64,000 bases of DNA from Paraspadella gotoi (taxonomy: Eukaryota; Animalia; Chaetognatha), in NCBI GenBank assembly GCA_051294375.1, contig CM119268.1, forward strand, positions 11,843,585 through 11,907,584, written 5' to 3'. The notes below the pieces were generated by a model. That model was not told the origin of the DNA, ran no database searches, and worked only from the letters and a program-made list of their open reading frames with translations. Of this stretch, positions 26,901 through 39,470 are shown one piece after another. Each line of letters starts with the position of its first letter. The stretch's first letter is position 1. The position numbers and the translations under genes are program-made.

Positions 26901-29767
26901 GGGAGAGCCAAGGAGAGAGATTGTAAAGAGAAAGNNNNNNNNNNNNNNNNNNNNNNNNNNNNNNNNNNNNNNNNNNNNNNNNNNNNNNNNNNNNNNNNNN
27001 NNNNNNNNNNNNNNNNNNNNNNNNNNNNNNNNNNNNNNNNNNNNNNNNNNNNNNNNNNNNNNNNNNNNNNNNNNNNNNNNNNNNNNNNNNNNNNNNNNNN
27101 NNNNNNNNNNNNNNNNNNNNNNNNNNNNNNNNNNNNNNNNNNNNNNNNNNNNNNNNNNNNNNNNNGAGAGAGAGAGAGAGAGAGAGAGAGAAAAGAGAAA
27201 GAAAATAAAAAGGAAAGTGACAAGAAAAAATCACCGTAAAGAAATACTGTTATGAATACATTTAGCAAAAAAACTATGACATCATCGCCGTAAAAATGGA
27301 AAGATGTCACAGTTACATTATAGTTAAGGTTGTATTACTTTTACCTTTTTACAGGGCGTTTCTCTCGAGAACAACTTTCCATTAAGGGGAAGAAAAAGAA
27401 GAAAAAAAAGAAAAGGAAAAAGCGAAAGGCGAAAGGCGAAAGAACAACGTGTAATGGAAGTTTCTTCTATGACTTTTCTCACAAAAACGACCCGTTTCGA
27501 AAAAGGGCGCACAAGGNNNNNNNNNNNNNNNNNNNNNNNNNNNNNNNNNNNNNNNNNNNNNNNNNNNNNNNNNNNNNNNNNNNNNNNNNNNNNNNNNNNN
27601 NNNNNNNNNNNNNNNNNNNNNNNNNNNNNNNNNNNNNNNNNNNNNNNNNNNNNNNNNNNNNNNNNNNNNNNNNNNNNNNNAGAGAGAGAGAGATATGCTT
27701 GTTGACACGGTCGGCCAGCTTGCCAAAAGTGATTGCCTTTGTCGGACGCCAGCGGAAAGAGTAAATGGACTGCGCTTTTATGGTTTGCGTTTCGGAACAA
27801 CAAAAAAAACAACGGTTTTTATTTGAGTCGCGAGTATTCACGGAGCATCTCTATAAGTCAATTCTCGGTCTGTCTGTCTGTTTATCTGTCCCTCTTACAT
27901 TTGGTAATGATAAAGATTTATAAAGTTTTTGGTACTTATATTTTACACCTGACAATGCAGAACAATGGTCGCGTAATTGGAAATTAATTGCGACGTTTCT
28001 CGTATTATATTTTTTTGTTTAACCTAATACTATACAACATAGCATAGGATACTTTTATGCTTATATCTTTCAAATTTTTGTGTTTACTTGTACGCATGAA
28101 AAAAAAATACTGCGGCGCAACCATTGAAATGGCGGGTTCTTCTTTTCGTTGGGTGGAAATTTGAAGACTGACAAAAAATAGAGATTCTCTTAATGGAAGG
28201 AAAATATTGTTTCGGTTCTGTCAAGGGTGTGGGGGGACATTGATATAGAAATCGATTAATGAAAGGGACGATACGGACGAAACCGACGGACGGACACTGG
28301 CCTCGATAAAAAATAATCGATAAACAATGACGACTACAATGCAGAAAATAATTGAGACCAGAAAACAAAACGAAACGCGGTTTCTACGGAGACGCTTTTC
28401 TTCGTGATACTCGATAAAAACAAAAGCGAAATAATGCGTCACATTCCTACACGAGAACATTTGTTCTTTCTGGTGGCGAACGACGACAACAACAACAACA
28501 ATCTTTTAACTCGATGAAAACAAAAGATCGATGTTCTGCGTTCGTCCCGCGCGCGCGGGTCGCAAGTGAATGCACGTGCGTGAAATGGCCGGCTTAAGGA
28601 GGGTAGGAACAACACAGTATGAGGGACTCGCTGTTTGGACTCGCCTGATTCTAACACTGAGAAAGTATTGTTGTGAGCCCCAGTGCCCTCAAAGAATCTG
28701 TCAGGTGTATTTGTAATTTAAAAACTAATAGGATATTTTTAACATTTGTTTTCTTTGCAATTTTCCCAGTTCTTAATGTGAAAAAACATTTCGTATTATT
28801 TAATCAAACATTTACTTCTTCGAGTATCTGTTAATCATAACACCAACGAAAAAGAAAGGATTACCAATAAGCAGAGTATTTACATCATAATAGCTTTACA
28901 GTATTGATTTCCTTACTAATAAATAGCCAATCCCTAGTTATAAAAAANNNNNNNNNNNNNNNNNNNNNNNNNNNNNNNNNNNNNNNNNNNNNNNNNNNNN
29001 NNNNNNNNNNNNNNNNNNNNNNNNNNNNNNNNNNNNNNNNNNNNNNNNNNNNNNNNNNNNNNNNNNNNNNNNNNNNNNNNNNNNNNNNNNNNNNNNNNNN
29101 NNNNNNNNNNNNNNNNNNNNNNNNNNNNNNNNNNNNNNNNNNNNNNNNNNNNNNNNNNNNNNNNNNNNNNNNNNNNNNNNNNNNNNNNNNNNNNNNNNNN
29201 NNNNNNNNNNNNNNNNNNNNNNNNNNNNNNNNNNNNNNNNNNNNNNNNNNNNNNNNNNNNNNNNNNNNNNNNNNNNNNNNNNNNNNNNNNNNNNNNNNGG
29301 TTTTCCGATATTATTTGTCATTTGTCTCTCTTTTAACCTAGGAGTCCTAGGATAATGATAATTTTGAGATAGTTTGAAAAAAGGAATGNNNNNNNNNNNN
29401 NNNNNNNNNNNNNNNNNNNNNNNNNNNNNNNNNNNNNNNNNNNNNNNNNNNNNNNNNNNNNNNNNNNNNNNNNNNNNNNNNNNNNNNNNNNNNNNNNNNN
29501 NNNNNNNNNNNNNNNNNNNNNNNNNNNNNNNNNNNNNNNNNNNNNNNNNNNNNNNNNNNNNNNNNNNNNNNNNNNNNNNNNNNNNNNNNNNNNNNNNGGT
29601 TTTCCGATATTATTTGTCATTTGTCTCTCTTTTAACCAAAATATTGTTTACTTCTTTGTGACTGTTTTTCTTGCATTTACCTCGCAAATGAACTATGGTT
29701 AAGAGATGTTAAGCGAAATATATTGCTCAACTAAAAATAATATGCGTTTTCTTCATAAATTAGTTTG

Positions 29768-30079
29768 TTGTCGTCATTGTCATTTTCGTCTTCATCATCA
29801 TCATTCGTCATTCGTCGACAACGTCAATGTCGGCATATGTTCGTCGCCCTCTTCATTTTCTTCATCGTTGCCTTCGTCGTCTTCCTCATTCTCATTTTTA
29901 TTGTTATCTTCATTTTCATCATCGTCATGTACAACGTTATCGTCTTTGTCATCGATTTCGTCGTCCTATTCAGCGCCTTCGTCATCGTTCTCATTCTCGT
30001 CGTCTTTGTCGTTTTCTTCGTTGACTTCGTCGTTCTCTTCGTTGTCTTCGTCGTTCTCTTCGTCGTTCTCTTCGTCGTT
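29768..30079 (+). repeat. Degenerate (TCG/TCA/TCT)n trinucleotide low-complexity tract
   Basis: Read directly; becomes ttcgtcgttctc 12-mers near 30020-30079. Confidence 0.85.
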
Positions 30080-30104
30080 NNNNNNNNNNNNNNNNNNNNN
30101 NNNN

Positions 30105-30836
30105 CTCATTTCGTCATTCTCATTTTGTCGTTCTCATTCGCGTTCGCTCTTCGTCGTTCTCATTTCGTCGTTCTCATTTCGTCGTTCTTCATTTGTCGTT
30201 CTCAGTTCGTCGTTCGCATTTCGTCGTTTCGCTCTTCGTCGTTCACTCTTCGTTTTGCATTTTGTCGTTCGCTCTTCGTCGTTCTATTTCGTCGTTCGAC
30301 ATTTCGTCGTTCTCATTTTGTCGTTCGCATTTCGTCGTTCGCTCTTTGTCGTTCTCATTTCGTTGTTCTCATTTCATCGTTCCTCATTTCGTTGTTCTCA
30401 TTTCCCGTTGTTCGCTCTTCGTTCGTTCGCTCTTCGTCGTTTCGCTTCTTCGCTCGTTCCATTTCGTCGTTCGCATTTCGTCGTTCGCATTTCGTTGTTC
30501 GCTCTTCGTCGTTCTCATTTCGTTGTTCTCATTTCATCGTTCTCATTTCGTTGTTTCATTTCATCGTTCTCATTCGTTGTTCGATTCTTTCATTCGTTCG
30601 CTCTTCGTCGGTTCGCTCTTTCGTCGTTCTCATTTCGTTCGTCGCAATTTCGTTGTTTTCGCTTTCGTCGTTCTCATTTTTTCGTTGTTCTCATTCATCG
30701 TTCTCATTTCATCGTTCGCTCTTCGTCGTTCGCTCTTCGTTCTCATTTCGTCGTTCGCATTTCGTCGTTCGCTTCTTCGTCGTTCGCTCTTCGTTCGCTC
30801 TTCGTCGTTCGCTCTTCGTCGTCTCATTTCGTCGTT
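30105..30836 (+). repeat. 14-bp minisatellite with variants TTCGTCGTTCTCAT / TTCGTCGTTCGCAT / TTCGTCGTTCGCTC, roughly 50 units
   Basis: Read directly; accounts for the spurious 337-397 aa SFRRSHFVV ORFs. Confidence 0.9.
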
Positions 30837-32636
30837 TCCTCTTCGTCCTCTCCTTTCTCCATCGGTCGATCCCTTCGCGGCAGCGGTGGTTTCAAATGAT
30901 CCTCGGACGCGCAATTTTGTCACCGAAGGGGAAGGAATGACAGGGGGCTTGATCCCTGACCCAGACTCCGCCGTGGTCGCCGCCGCGTCGTCGCCGCCCA
31001 AACAACTCGATCTCTCTTCCCCCCCCACCATCTCGACTCACCCCCCTACTCTCCCTCGAGAAAGTCCTCTACCTCGTGAAAAGGTTTTGATGCTCCTCCG
31101 CGGACCCGCCCCCTTTACCATTTCGAGCCCATTTTTAATCCTCTTGTCCCTGAGACTTTTGGCCCTCTTGGAATTTGCGACCACTTTAGTTTGTGTCCTC
31201 ACTTGATTTTTCTACCCAACCTCCTTCTCCCCAAAGTTAAACCGACTCACAGACCCTTTCACAGTCATCTCTACTTTGCATTTCACGGTATATCTGCTCT
31301 GATGACTTCGACGTTGTCAATCGGGTGGCAATGACCTTCCCTCAGCATGACCTTACCCTTCAGCAAAGTCGTCTTACACCATCAACCAAAACTCACTCCT
31401 TTCCGCTCTGGTCCCCTCCTGCCCTCGTTGCCATCGTAACCGATTCGTCTTAAAGATATTTCGCTGTGACTAATCTAACGTCAAGGGGCGGGAGAGACCG
31501 TGACGGTGACTGAAAGAAACTCGGTCAGGTGACTTTTGGGGGAGGGCGGGTGGGTGAAGTTGGATAGTGAGGCTTGGGTGAGCGCTGAGCAGTGTTAAAG
31601 AGAAGAGGGTGGTGGGAAATATAGACGGGTGGAGGCGAGTAGATGACCGGGGACCAGGGGTGAATGAGGATAGGCAGATGGGCAAGTGAAGTGGCGGGCG
31701 TCGAGTATAGTAAGAGGGGGACGGCAAGTCGGGCTGTTGTATAGGTTGGGGCAGAAGGGCACGAAAGAACGAAAAGCCGAGGAGAATTCGCTCACAGTCC
31801 TCCCCCGATGCTCGTCAGTTCTCATTCACTTCACTTCGCTCCCATTCTTCCTCTTTCTTTCTACCGCCCATAGCGCTGCATCCGATCCGTTGATGACTCT
31901 TTCTTGAGGAGACGCTCACACCGGAAACGAGTTTGGGTCGAGACCGAACCTAAAATTTAGCCGACAGTTCCTTCGGTTTAACGTCTTTCCCCTCATACGA
32001 CGGTCTTAACAAGGGGGAGGGAAGAAGAATATTTTGAGAGTCCTTTCGAAAAAAAAAAAAAGAAAATTAAATTTGCATAAAGTGCAAAGTAAGTTTCTAA
32101 AGGAACTAAAATTTATTCCATATTAAAGACTTTTAGAAAGCCGCTAGATTTTTTGTTTCGAGCAGCTAGTATATAATTACATCGCGAAACGTAAAAACCA
32201 TTTGAATTGGATCTGAAATAAGACGCTAATTATGACTTTGCTTAGAATAAATAGTTAGTGTCTTGGCGGTTGGTCTCTAATTTCTGGTTTAGAAGTTTTA
32301 CCCTTTTTGGGTTTTTGCTACATTTTTTTCCAATATTTTGCTAAAAAAAATTTACATTTAAAATAAAATAAAATTTAATAAAGGGCAATTTTGGACATAT
32401 AATATGAGACTTCTTTATTATGAATAAAATCCCCTTCTTTTTATTAATATTATGTTTAAAAAGAAAGAGAGAGAACAGAAACATAACATAACATAAGTCA
32501 CATTTTCAATTGTCGTTGTTCTCTTTATGTTTTTTGCTTCAATTAAACCATAATTTTTTCTGGTTTGGTGACTTTGATGTTTTGGTGACTGGGTTTCCAT
32601 TACATCAACATTAATTATCTGTATTCAAGTACGAAT

Positions 32637-32746
32637 TCGTCGTCGTCTTCGTCGTTCCCTTCGTCGTCTTCATCGTCGTCTTCGTCTTCGTCTTCGTCGT
32701 TCTCTTCGTCGTCTTCATCGTCGTCTTCGTCGTCGTCTTCGTCATC
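32637..32746 (+). repeat. (TCG/TCT)n trinucleotide tract (reads poly-D/E on the minus strand)
   Basis: Read directly; no convincing splice sites. Confidence 0.8.
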
Positions 32747-33139
32747 TCTCCCTTCCTCCGCTGTGAGAGGGACGAAGGTGAAGGTGAAGCGAAGGAGACT
32801 TCGACTCGAATTCGTCCTCTTTTTCTCTTTTCTTTCTTCGTCGAATAATTTTCTCAAAAAAGGGCTCGAATATTTAATTTGAAAAAAACCAAAAAAAAAA
32901 CACATTCATTCTTTTATTAGATTCGTAAATCACCTGTTTTTACTCTTGTTTAAATGTTTTTACCTAAAATCTTTCCTCAATTCGAACAGTAATAAATGTA
33001 CACACCGTAACCCGCGATTTGAGTTCAAAGCGATTCTTTTTAATTGTTTTGTCTCGCTGGACGGGAAAAGAAAATTAAGCTTTATTTTAATTTATACGAA
33101 TTTTGAGGCCGACTGAACCTACTTTTCCCCTTTGATATC

Positions 33140-33180
<41 letters not shown>

Positions 33181-34753
33181 CTTTCTTTAAACTAATAATC
33201 CATAATACCTATCTCTTTTTCCCTTATCTATTACCTCTCTTTTCCCTCCTCCCACTTCTCTTTTCCTCCTCTTAAGACTCATCAGCTGCTCATCCTGTCT
33301 CTTTCCCGGGGGCATTTCTCAGCCGCGAGCAGCCACGCCCACTCCGTCGTCGTCGTCGTCGTCGGCGGCCAAACTGTCAGCGCCGTCGATGTCGTTGTTG
33401 TTGTTGTCATCTCGTCGGCCCGTCCGACATTCTTTTCTTTTCCTTTCGGTTCCCTGATTTCCTCCTCTTCCTTTTTAACTCTTATTTTTCGATTGATTTA
33501 TTTCCTTTCATTTTCCTTTATTCCTTTATTCCTCTCTTCCTCCTTTTCTCTAAGTATTCAGACCATCTCTTTTTCCATTTTCCTTCCCCCTCCTTTTTTA
33601 TTTCTTCCTCCCTCTTTTCCTTCCTCCCTTTTCCCTTTCATTCTTTCTTTCTCTTTCCCTCAAAAAAAAAGAAAAAAAGAAAGAAGTCTCCCGCACATTT
33701 TGTCGTCGGCGTTTCCCTTTTCTTTTTTTTCTTTTCGAGCGCACGAAAGATGATCTTTTGCCTTATTTCGTCGTCACCCCGCTCTGTCTTTTCTCCGCCG
33801 CATCTCCGTCGCATATTTCGCGTCCTCCACTCAGTCATTGGGAGTTTTGCATCTCCACATTGTGGACATCCAACAGTCGAATCATGTTCTTGAACGTGTA
33901 CAACACTTTCCTTTTTTAATCTCGTCTATTTTTGAACCATTGCTTAAAATCATTCTCGCTTAAACTCGGTTACCAAAAACTCTGTTTACTTTATTGACAA
34001 GCATTACCCTTTTAAACCAACCTCTGTTTGATGTTTCAATTCGTTTCTAAGCCTTACCCGCCTTAATCTTGGGTAATCCTTAAAAGCGCTAAACCGCTAA
34101 ATCGCTCTACTCTATTGCTATCTTTTTTTCCTTTCCATATCTGAGCCCTCCTCTTCGCCATGTCCCACACTAACCTCATCATCAACTCAGTCTGTCTTCC
34201 TCCAATATCGCTAACTTACCCTCTTCCTTTACCTCACCCAACACCCCCACCTTCGTTTCCCTTTTCTTTTTTTAATTTTCAGGCGCCACGTTTACTTCCA
34301 AAATATTCCCTCTTTTCAGGAGTTTTTCATTTTATTCCCTTTTCGAAAAAAATCTTCCAAACTGTTGTTAAATGAGCTGCTAAGAACGTGAGACACGAGT
34401 TTCTCCCCTCTCCGTCTNNNNNNNNNNNNNNNNNNNNNNNNNNNNNNNNNNNNNNNNNNNNNNNNNNNNNNNNNNNNNNNNNNNNNNNNNNNNNNNNNNN
34501 NNNNNNNNNNNNNNNNNNNNNNNNNNNNNNNNNNNNNNNNNNNNNNNNNNNNNNNNNNNNNNNNNNNNNNNNNNNNNNNNNNNNNNNNNNNNNNNNNNNN
34601 NNNTACAGTTATTATTATCAATATTATGAAAAATCCTCTACTACAAAAATAAGTTTACTCGGAAGAACAACATCCTTCAATACAATAACATGTGAATTCT
34701 CCTCACTCCGCAGCCCTGAAGACGTTCGTTGTTTTTCTTCAATCGGGGTTTGC

Positions 34754-34805
34754 TGCCGCCGCTGCCCCTGCCGCTGCCCCTGTCGCTGCCCCTCCCGCTG
34801 CCCCA
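34754..34805 (+). repeat. 12-bp tandem GCCGCTGCCCCT, ~4 copies
   Basis: Read directly; the same motif recurs at 52893-52935. Confidence 0.8.
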
Positions 34806-34977
34806 GACTTTTGCGTTAAAAATCTTTATCCCTTTTGTTTCTTCTCTTCTTTTCAAATCTTCTCCCACTATTTCTTTTTTTTCATTCGCCTTTTTTCCCT
34901 TTCGTCTCGCAGAATCTAGAATCGCGCTTTTGTTCTCAAACCCGCTTCTCTCTCTCTCTCCTCTCTCTCTTCTCTCT

Positions 34978-35008
<31 letters not shown>

Positions 35009-38000
35009 TCTCTCTCTCTCTCTCTCTCGTCGTTCCTCTTTCACCAGGACGGCGAAGAGCGATGAGCCAAGCGTTTTCTCTCCGGATTGTTGGCGTTTCA
35101 CCTTCCGCCTACGTTTTCTCTCTCCAGGATTTTTTTCCTCTTCTAGATTTTTTTCTTTTATTGTAGTTTGAGTTATTTTAGGTTTTTTTATTTTTCTTTT
35201 TCCTATCTGGTGGTAGAAATTACGAGATTGCTCGAGGCTCACATTCGGATCAAATGAATTGAAAGAAATAATATGGAGAAATTTAACTTAATCGCGGATT
35301 TAAAAATTGTTCCATCAGTTTATTTTTTGGAATTTTCTTTTTTTTAGTTTCATGTTAAAACCTTCTTACTTGTTTCTGTGATCATATCAATTTATTTCAA
35401 TTTTTCTCATACTTTGTCTTACTATCACCAAATATTACTTTTTTTTCTTAATATTTGTTTGGTTTTGTTAATCATTTGTTTATTTTGAGAAAATACTTTT
35501 TTCTTCTTTTAATTTCCTTAATACTCTTCAAGTCTTCCAACGTTGAAAGTTATATTTTCACTCTTTTGCGCTTTGAGGGGAATTTGGTCGTCATTTGGGT
35601 TGTTTTTTTCTTCGTATTTTGAATTTTCCCTCGTTTTTCGGTCGAATTCCTTTGCCTTTGGATTTCGTATCAAAACATCAACGGAAGGAGAGAAAGAAAA
35701 TAAAGGTGGCGATTTTGAGAAGGAGAATGAGCAGAAGAGAAGAAGTTAAATGGGAAGAAGAAAATGGCGGAAGATATTGGAAGGACGGTGTGTGAAAGAT
35801 AAATAGTATTATAATATATAATGAGACGGTTTAAGCCATTTCGCACAGATAAATGATCTGTCCCAGGACTTTCCCCCTTTAGTGACTTCTCTCTTCCAAA
35901 ATAGGAAGAAATGAGAAGAAAGAACGAAACACGGAAACGACAACGACGACAGCGACGACGACGAAGATGAAGATGACGATAAAGATTAGAAATTTCATTT
36001 GTACTCACCATTAGTATGTGGAAGTCCTTGGAAATAGTAGTCTGTTACTTCAGCTTATTTGCTCTTTTATCATTTCAGTTTTATTTTATAATTCATTTCC
36101 AAAAATTTATTTACTGACGAGTTTTATGTATTTTCGAGTGAAGTCACTTGAACCCAAGTAGATTGGAGCTTACAGTAGAGTTTGATCGCCTTTTTGATGG
36201 AATTTCTTGAATTCAAAATGGCAAGACCTCATGTTTCGGGAATCGTTTAAACAATATTTTCTGATCCATATTGAAAACATTTTTTTGGTATAAAATACAA
36301 ATTGATTTGATTAATTTTCATTTCAGGCGATTTTATCCAAAAACCAAAGCACCTTATGAAGTTTTCATTGTCTTGGAAGAAGATGACACGTGTTAAAGTT
36401 TGCAGGTTATGGAAAGCCCTCGATTTTACAAGAAGTTTCAAGAAACTTTGGGGCGAATGTCGCTGCCGATCGTTGAAAATTAAAAGTCAGCGATTCTTGG
36501 CGTTGATACCTGTGAAAAGGAAAATGACAATGTCAAGAAATAAACTATAAACAAAACTGACATCGATAGCTTATTTATCCGAGACACCAACATAGAAAGA
36601 AGTCTAAAAATATATTTATTTTCCAAACAAGGCATGAAAACGAGTTTTATTGTTTCGAACCGCACGTAAATAAAGTGAAACAACGATAAATTTCCCCCCC
36701 AAAAGAGAAAGAACGAACTCGGGTTTTCGCGTTATTAATATCCGCTATTAACAATTTTTAAATATATTTTGCCTCCTTTGTTTGTTCCTTTTGTCCTTAG
36801 TCGGCGTTGATGTTGTTGTTGTTTACGTTGTTGTTATTCCTCACTTGTTTTTCGTTTTTTTGTTTTCGTTTGTAAAATAAGAAAAAAAACACGTTATTTT
36901 TGCTTTCATACATCATCTTTTCGGCTCAAAGGGCCGGAATTTCACGGCATCTGAATTTTTATTTTATTTTTTTTTAAGAACGCGGGTTTTTTTTGTGTTC
37001 CTGTATTTTTGATTTAAAGGAAAAATAAAAGTCAGAGCAAAAAAAATTTTTGAAGGCCATGGAGAAATATCCTCATTAGCCAATGAATTTAAAACTGGTA
37101 AATCGAAAACGACGCAGAAAAAGACTTATGGGGCGGAAAATCCGAAACAAACAAATAATGAATTATCCTTCTTTCCTTTTTTCTTTTTTTGGTTTAAATT
37201 GTTGGACGATTGAATATTTGACTTGTCTTCTCGTCACCCCCCGTCCTGTAGAGATAGACCATATACAAATTAACTAAACGAGATCGCGGGTAAATTAGAA
37301 TTATTAATGAAATTCAAAAGCAACTGGAATGTTTATCTGAATAACTACGAACATGATAATAAAACTATCTGATATCAGAGAGAGAAGAGAGAGAGAGACG
37401 GACAGACCCGAGAGATGATAGAGAAGAGAGCAGACGATGAGAGACTGACGAGAATGACGAGACGAGAGAGAGAGATGATATATTTTTAAAAAAATAGTTG
37501 CAACTGCAAAGAGCGATTGCAATTTCATTCCCTAAATCGACCAGCGAAATCTCATCAAAAGAGAGAAAAAAAAGAAGGAGGTAAGTTCAGTCGCGAACGA
37601 AATTTCAAAAACTTTTTTATCAATATTGTCTATGACCTTTAAAAATGTTTTATCTCTCTGACAAAAAAAAAATGAAACATTTGAAAAAAAAATGGAATCG
37701 AGATTTCGCGATCGGAAAAAAAAAAGAAAGAATAAAATCGTTTTGAAACCGATTAGTTTCTGTCATCTTCGATCCGCAATATCTCTTTCATTTCGATGAC
37801 AACCCAAGATGACAACCGCGCTGACAAAAAGGGAGACCCGGCCACGTCGGAAATTTCTTTTCCTTCTTTGACAAGATTCTCATCGGATGTGACAAGGGGT
37901 TGTGATGGATGAAAAATTTGTGTTAAAAGATGCACCCCTTTTTTTTTTTGTTAAACCTTGGCTGACAAAACGGGGAATCGACGATGATAAAAAAAATCAC

Positions 38001-38529
38001 AGTAATAGCTCTTCCTCGTAATAAAAAAAAGATTATTAGAAAATGGTTAAATTACTAGATCTTTGCCCATTTGTTTTGCTCATTTATTTTTGATATTTCT
38101 CCTGTCTCCTCTCGCCCCGCCTTTTTCCCTGTCCTTTTGTTTTTCCTTTCCTCGTTTTCTTATTTTCTTTTGTTTTCTTTTCTCCTCGACTCAAATCTCA
38201 AAAATGTTGAAAAGGAAAACAAAAAAAAACAAAAAAAACAGAGAGAGGAAAGAAATCGCGGGTCAATCTCGAGGGTCGACGGACGGAGAAGTTTTTGACG
38301 TCGTTATCGTCGTCGTTATCGTCGTCGTAATCGTCGTCGTTATCGTCGCTTTCGACGTCGGTTCGAATTTATCGTCGCTGTTGTTGTCGTAACAACTATA
38401 ACGTCGTTATCGACTTCACAACTTTGTTTTTTTTTTTTTACCTCATTTTTAGTCGGTTCTGCTTATCAGCAGATTCTGACTCTATATCTACTATTATCGC
38501 ATCAAATTTCATTAATAAAGCCTTAGGTG

Positions 38530-38632
38530 AAAAAATTATGCAAGTTGAAAAAATAATGCTAATTCAAAAAAATTATACAAGTTTAAAAAATTATGCATTT
38601 TAAAAATATTATGCATGTAAAAATAATGAATA
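38530..38632 (+). repeat. Degenerate 17-18 bp tandem (AAAAATTATGCAAGTTT), ~6 copies
   Basis: aaaaattatgcaagttg aaaaaataatgctaattc aaaaaaattatacaagttt aaaaaattatgcatttt ... Confidence 0.75.
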
Positions 38633-39299
38633 AAATATTAAATTATTAAATTTATTGATAAAATATTTTTTTAAATTATAAATTATTCAATGTGATGCAG
38701 TAACAGTTCAGTCTAATCCGTTGAAAGAGATTTATATTTAGTGGCGCAGCCACAGGTTTTTTGACGTATTGATTTATCGATATTTTCATAGATTTATTGA
38801 GAAGTCTGTTATTATTTGTTTCGTTATGATCAGTTATGAACTGAATAGATCACAAAAATCTATCGTAATTATCATCAGTTTAGCTGATTACTGCTAAATT
38901 ATCCTAGGCATATCCGACATGGTTTCCTCAAACTTGTTTCATTTACATTTTAAACCATCAAAAGTAGGTACATAGTAATTTTGTAGTCGTAACTTTGATT
39001 ACTATGCAATCGACATCGTTTCTGTTACTAATATTTTTTTTTATATTTTAAACTTCCTTTAAACATTTAGAATTATAAGTCTCAAACTTTTTGTTTTCCA
39101 TTATTTTTTATAACATTTTTTTTGCTCTTATCTTGGGTCCGATACAACACATTGCGATGGACTGTGTGAACCAACCCGCTTGACGGGGTTAATTATAATA
39201 CACTAGTGGATCATTACGAGTAATATCGTTATCACCATATATGTAGTCTTATATGTTGCCTAAGTTCACCCCGCCAATAAGCATGACACCTTCAGTCGT

Positions 39300-39470
39300 G
39301 ACCCTGAGGCTCATTGTGTAAAGCCACCTACTCATGACCACAAGGTGCCGGGTTAAATCCAAACCCGGACCTACCCTTGAGGACGACCGTAAGCCGCCTT
39401 GGGGACGTGGAAAACCCTCAAGCCTGGTTCCAAGCCCAGGACCCGTTCCATGGCTGTTGAGGTGGCATAG
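39300..39470 (+). mobile_element. Degenerate tRNA-derived SINE-like element
   Basis: A-box-like ggctcattgtgtaaagc; anticodon-loop-like ctcatga; B-box-like gggttaaatcc inside the stem ccgggtt/aacccgg; two further hairpins follow. Confidence 0.4.

Noticed and set aside
28546-28580. Palindrome cccgcgcgcgcggg plus tgcacgtgcg
   Set aside because: Short CG alternation with no second copy or element context.
29299-29637. 40-bp direct repeat ggttttccgatattatttgtcatttgtctctcttttaacc x2
   Set aside because: Both copies start exactly at gap ends, so this is a scaffolding artefact.
29706-31206. Longest ORFs (337-397 aa) on +
   Set aside because: Stop-free translations of the TCG/14-mer satellite in all three frames, and two of them cross an N-gap. 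Only the 30840-31083 tail could be an exon, and it is unsupported.
31236-31290. Kunitz-like SRDDCERVC on minus
   Set aside because: The upstream Cys/GGC/NNF pattern is absent.
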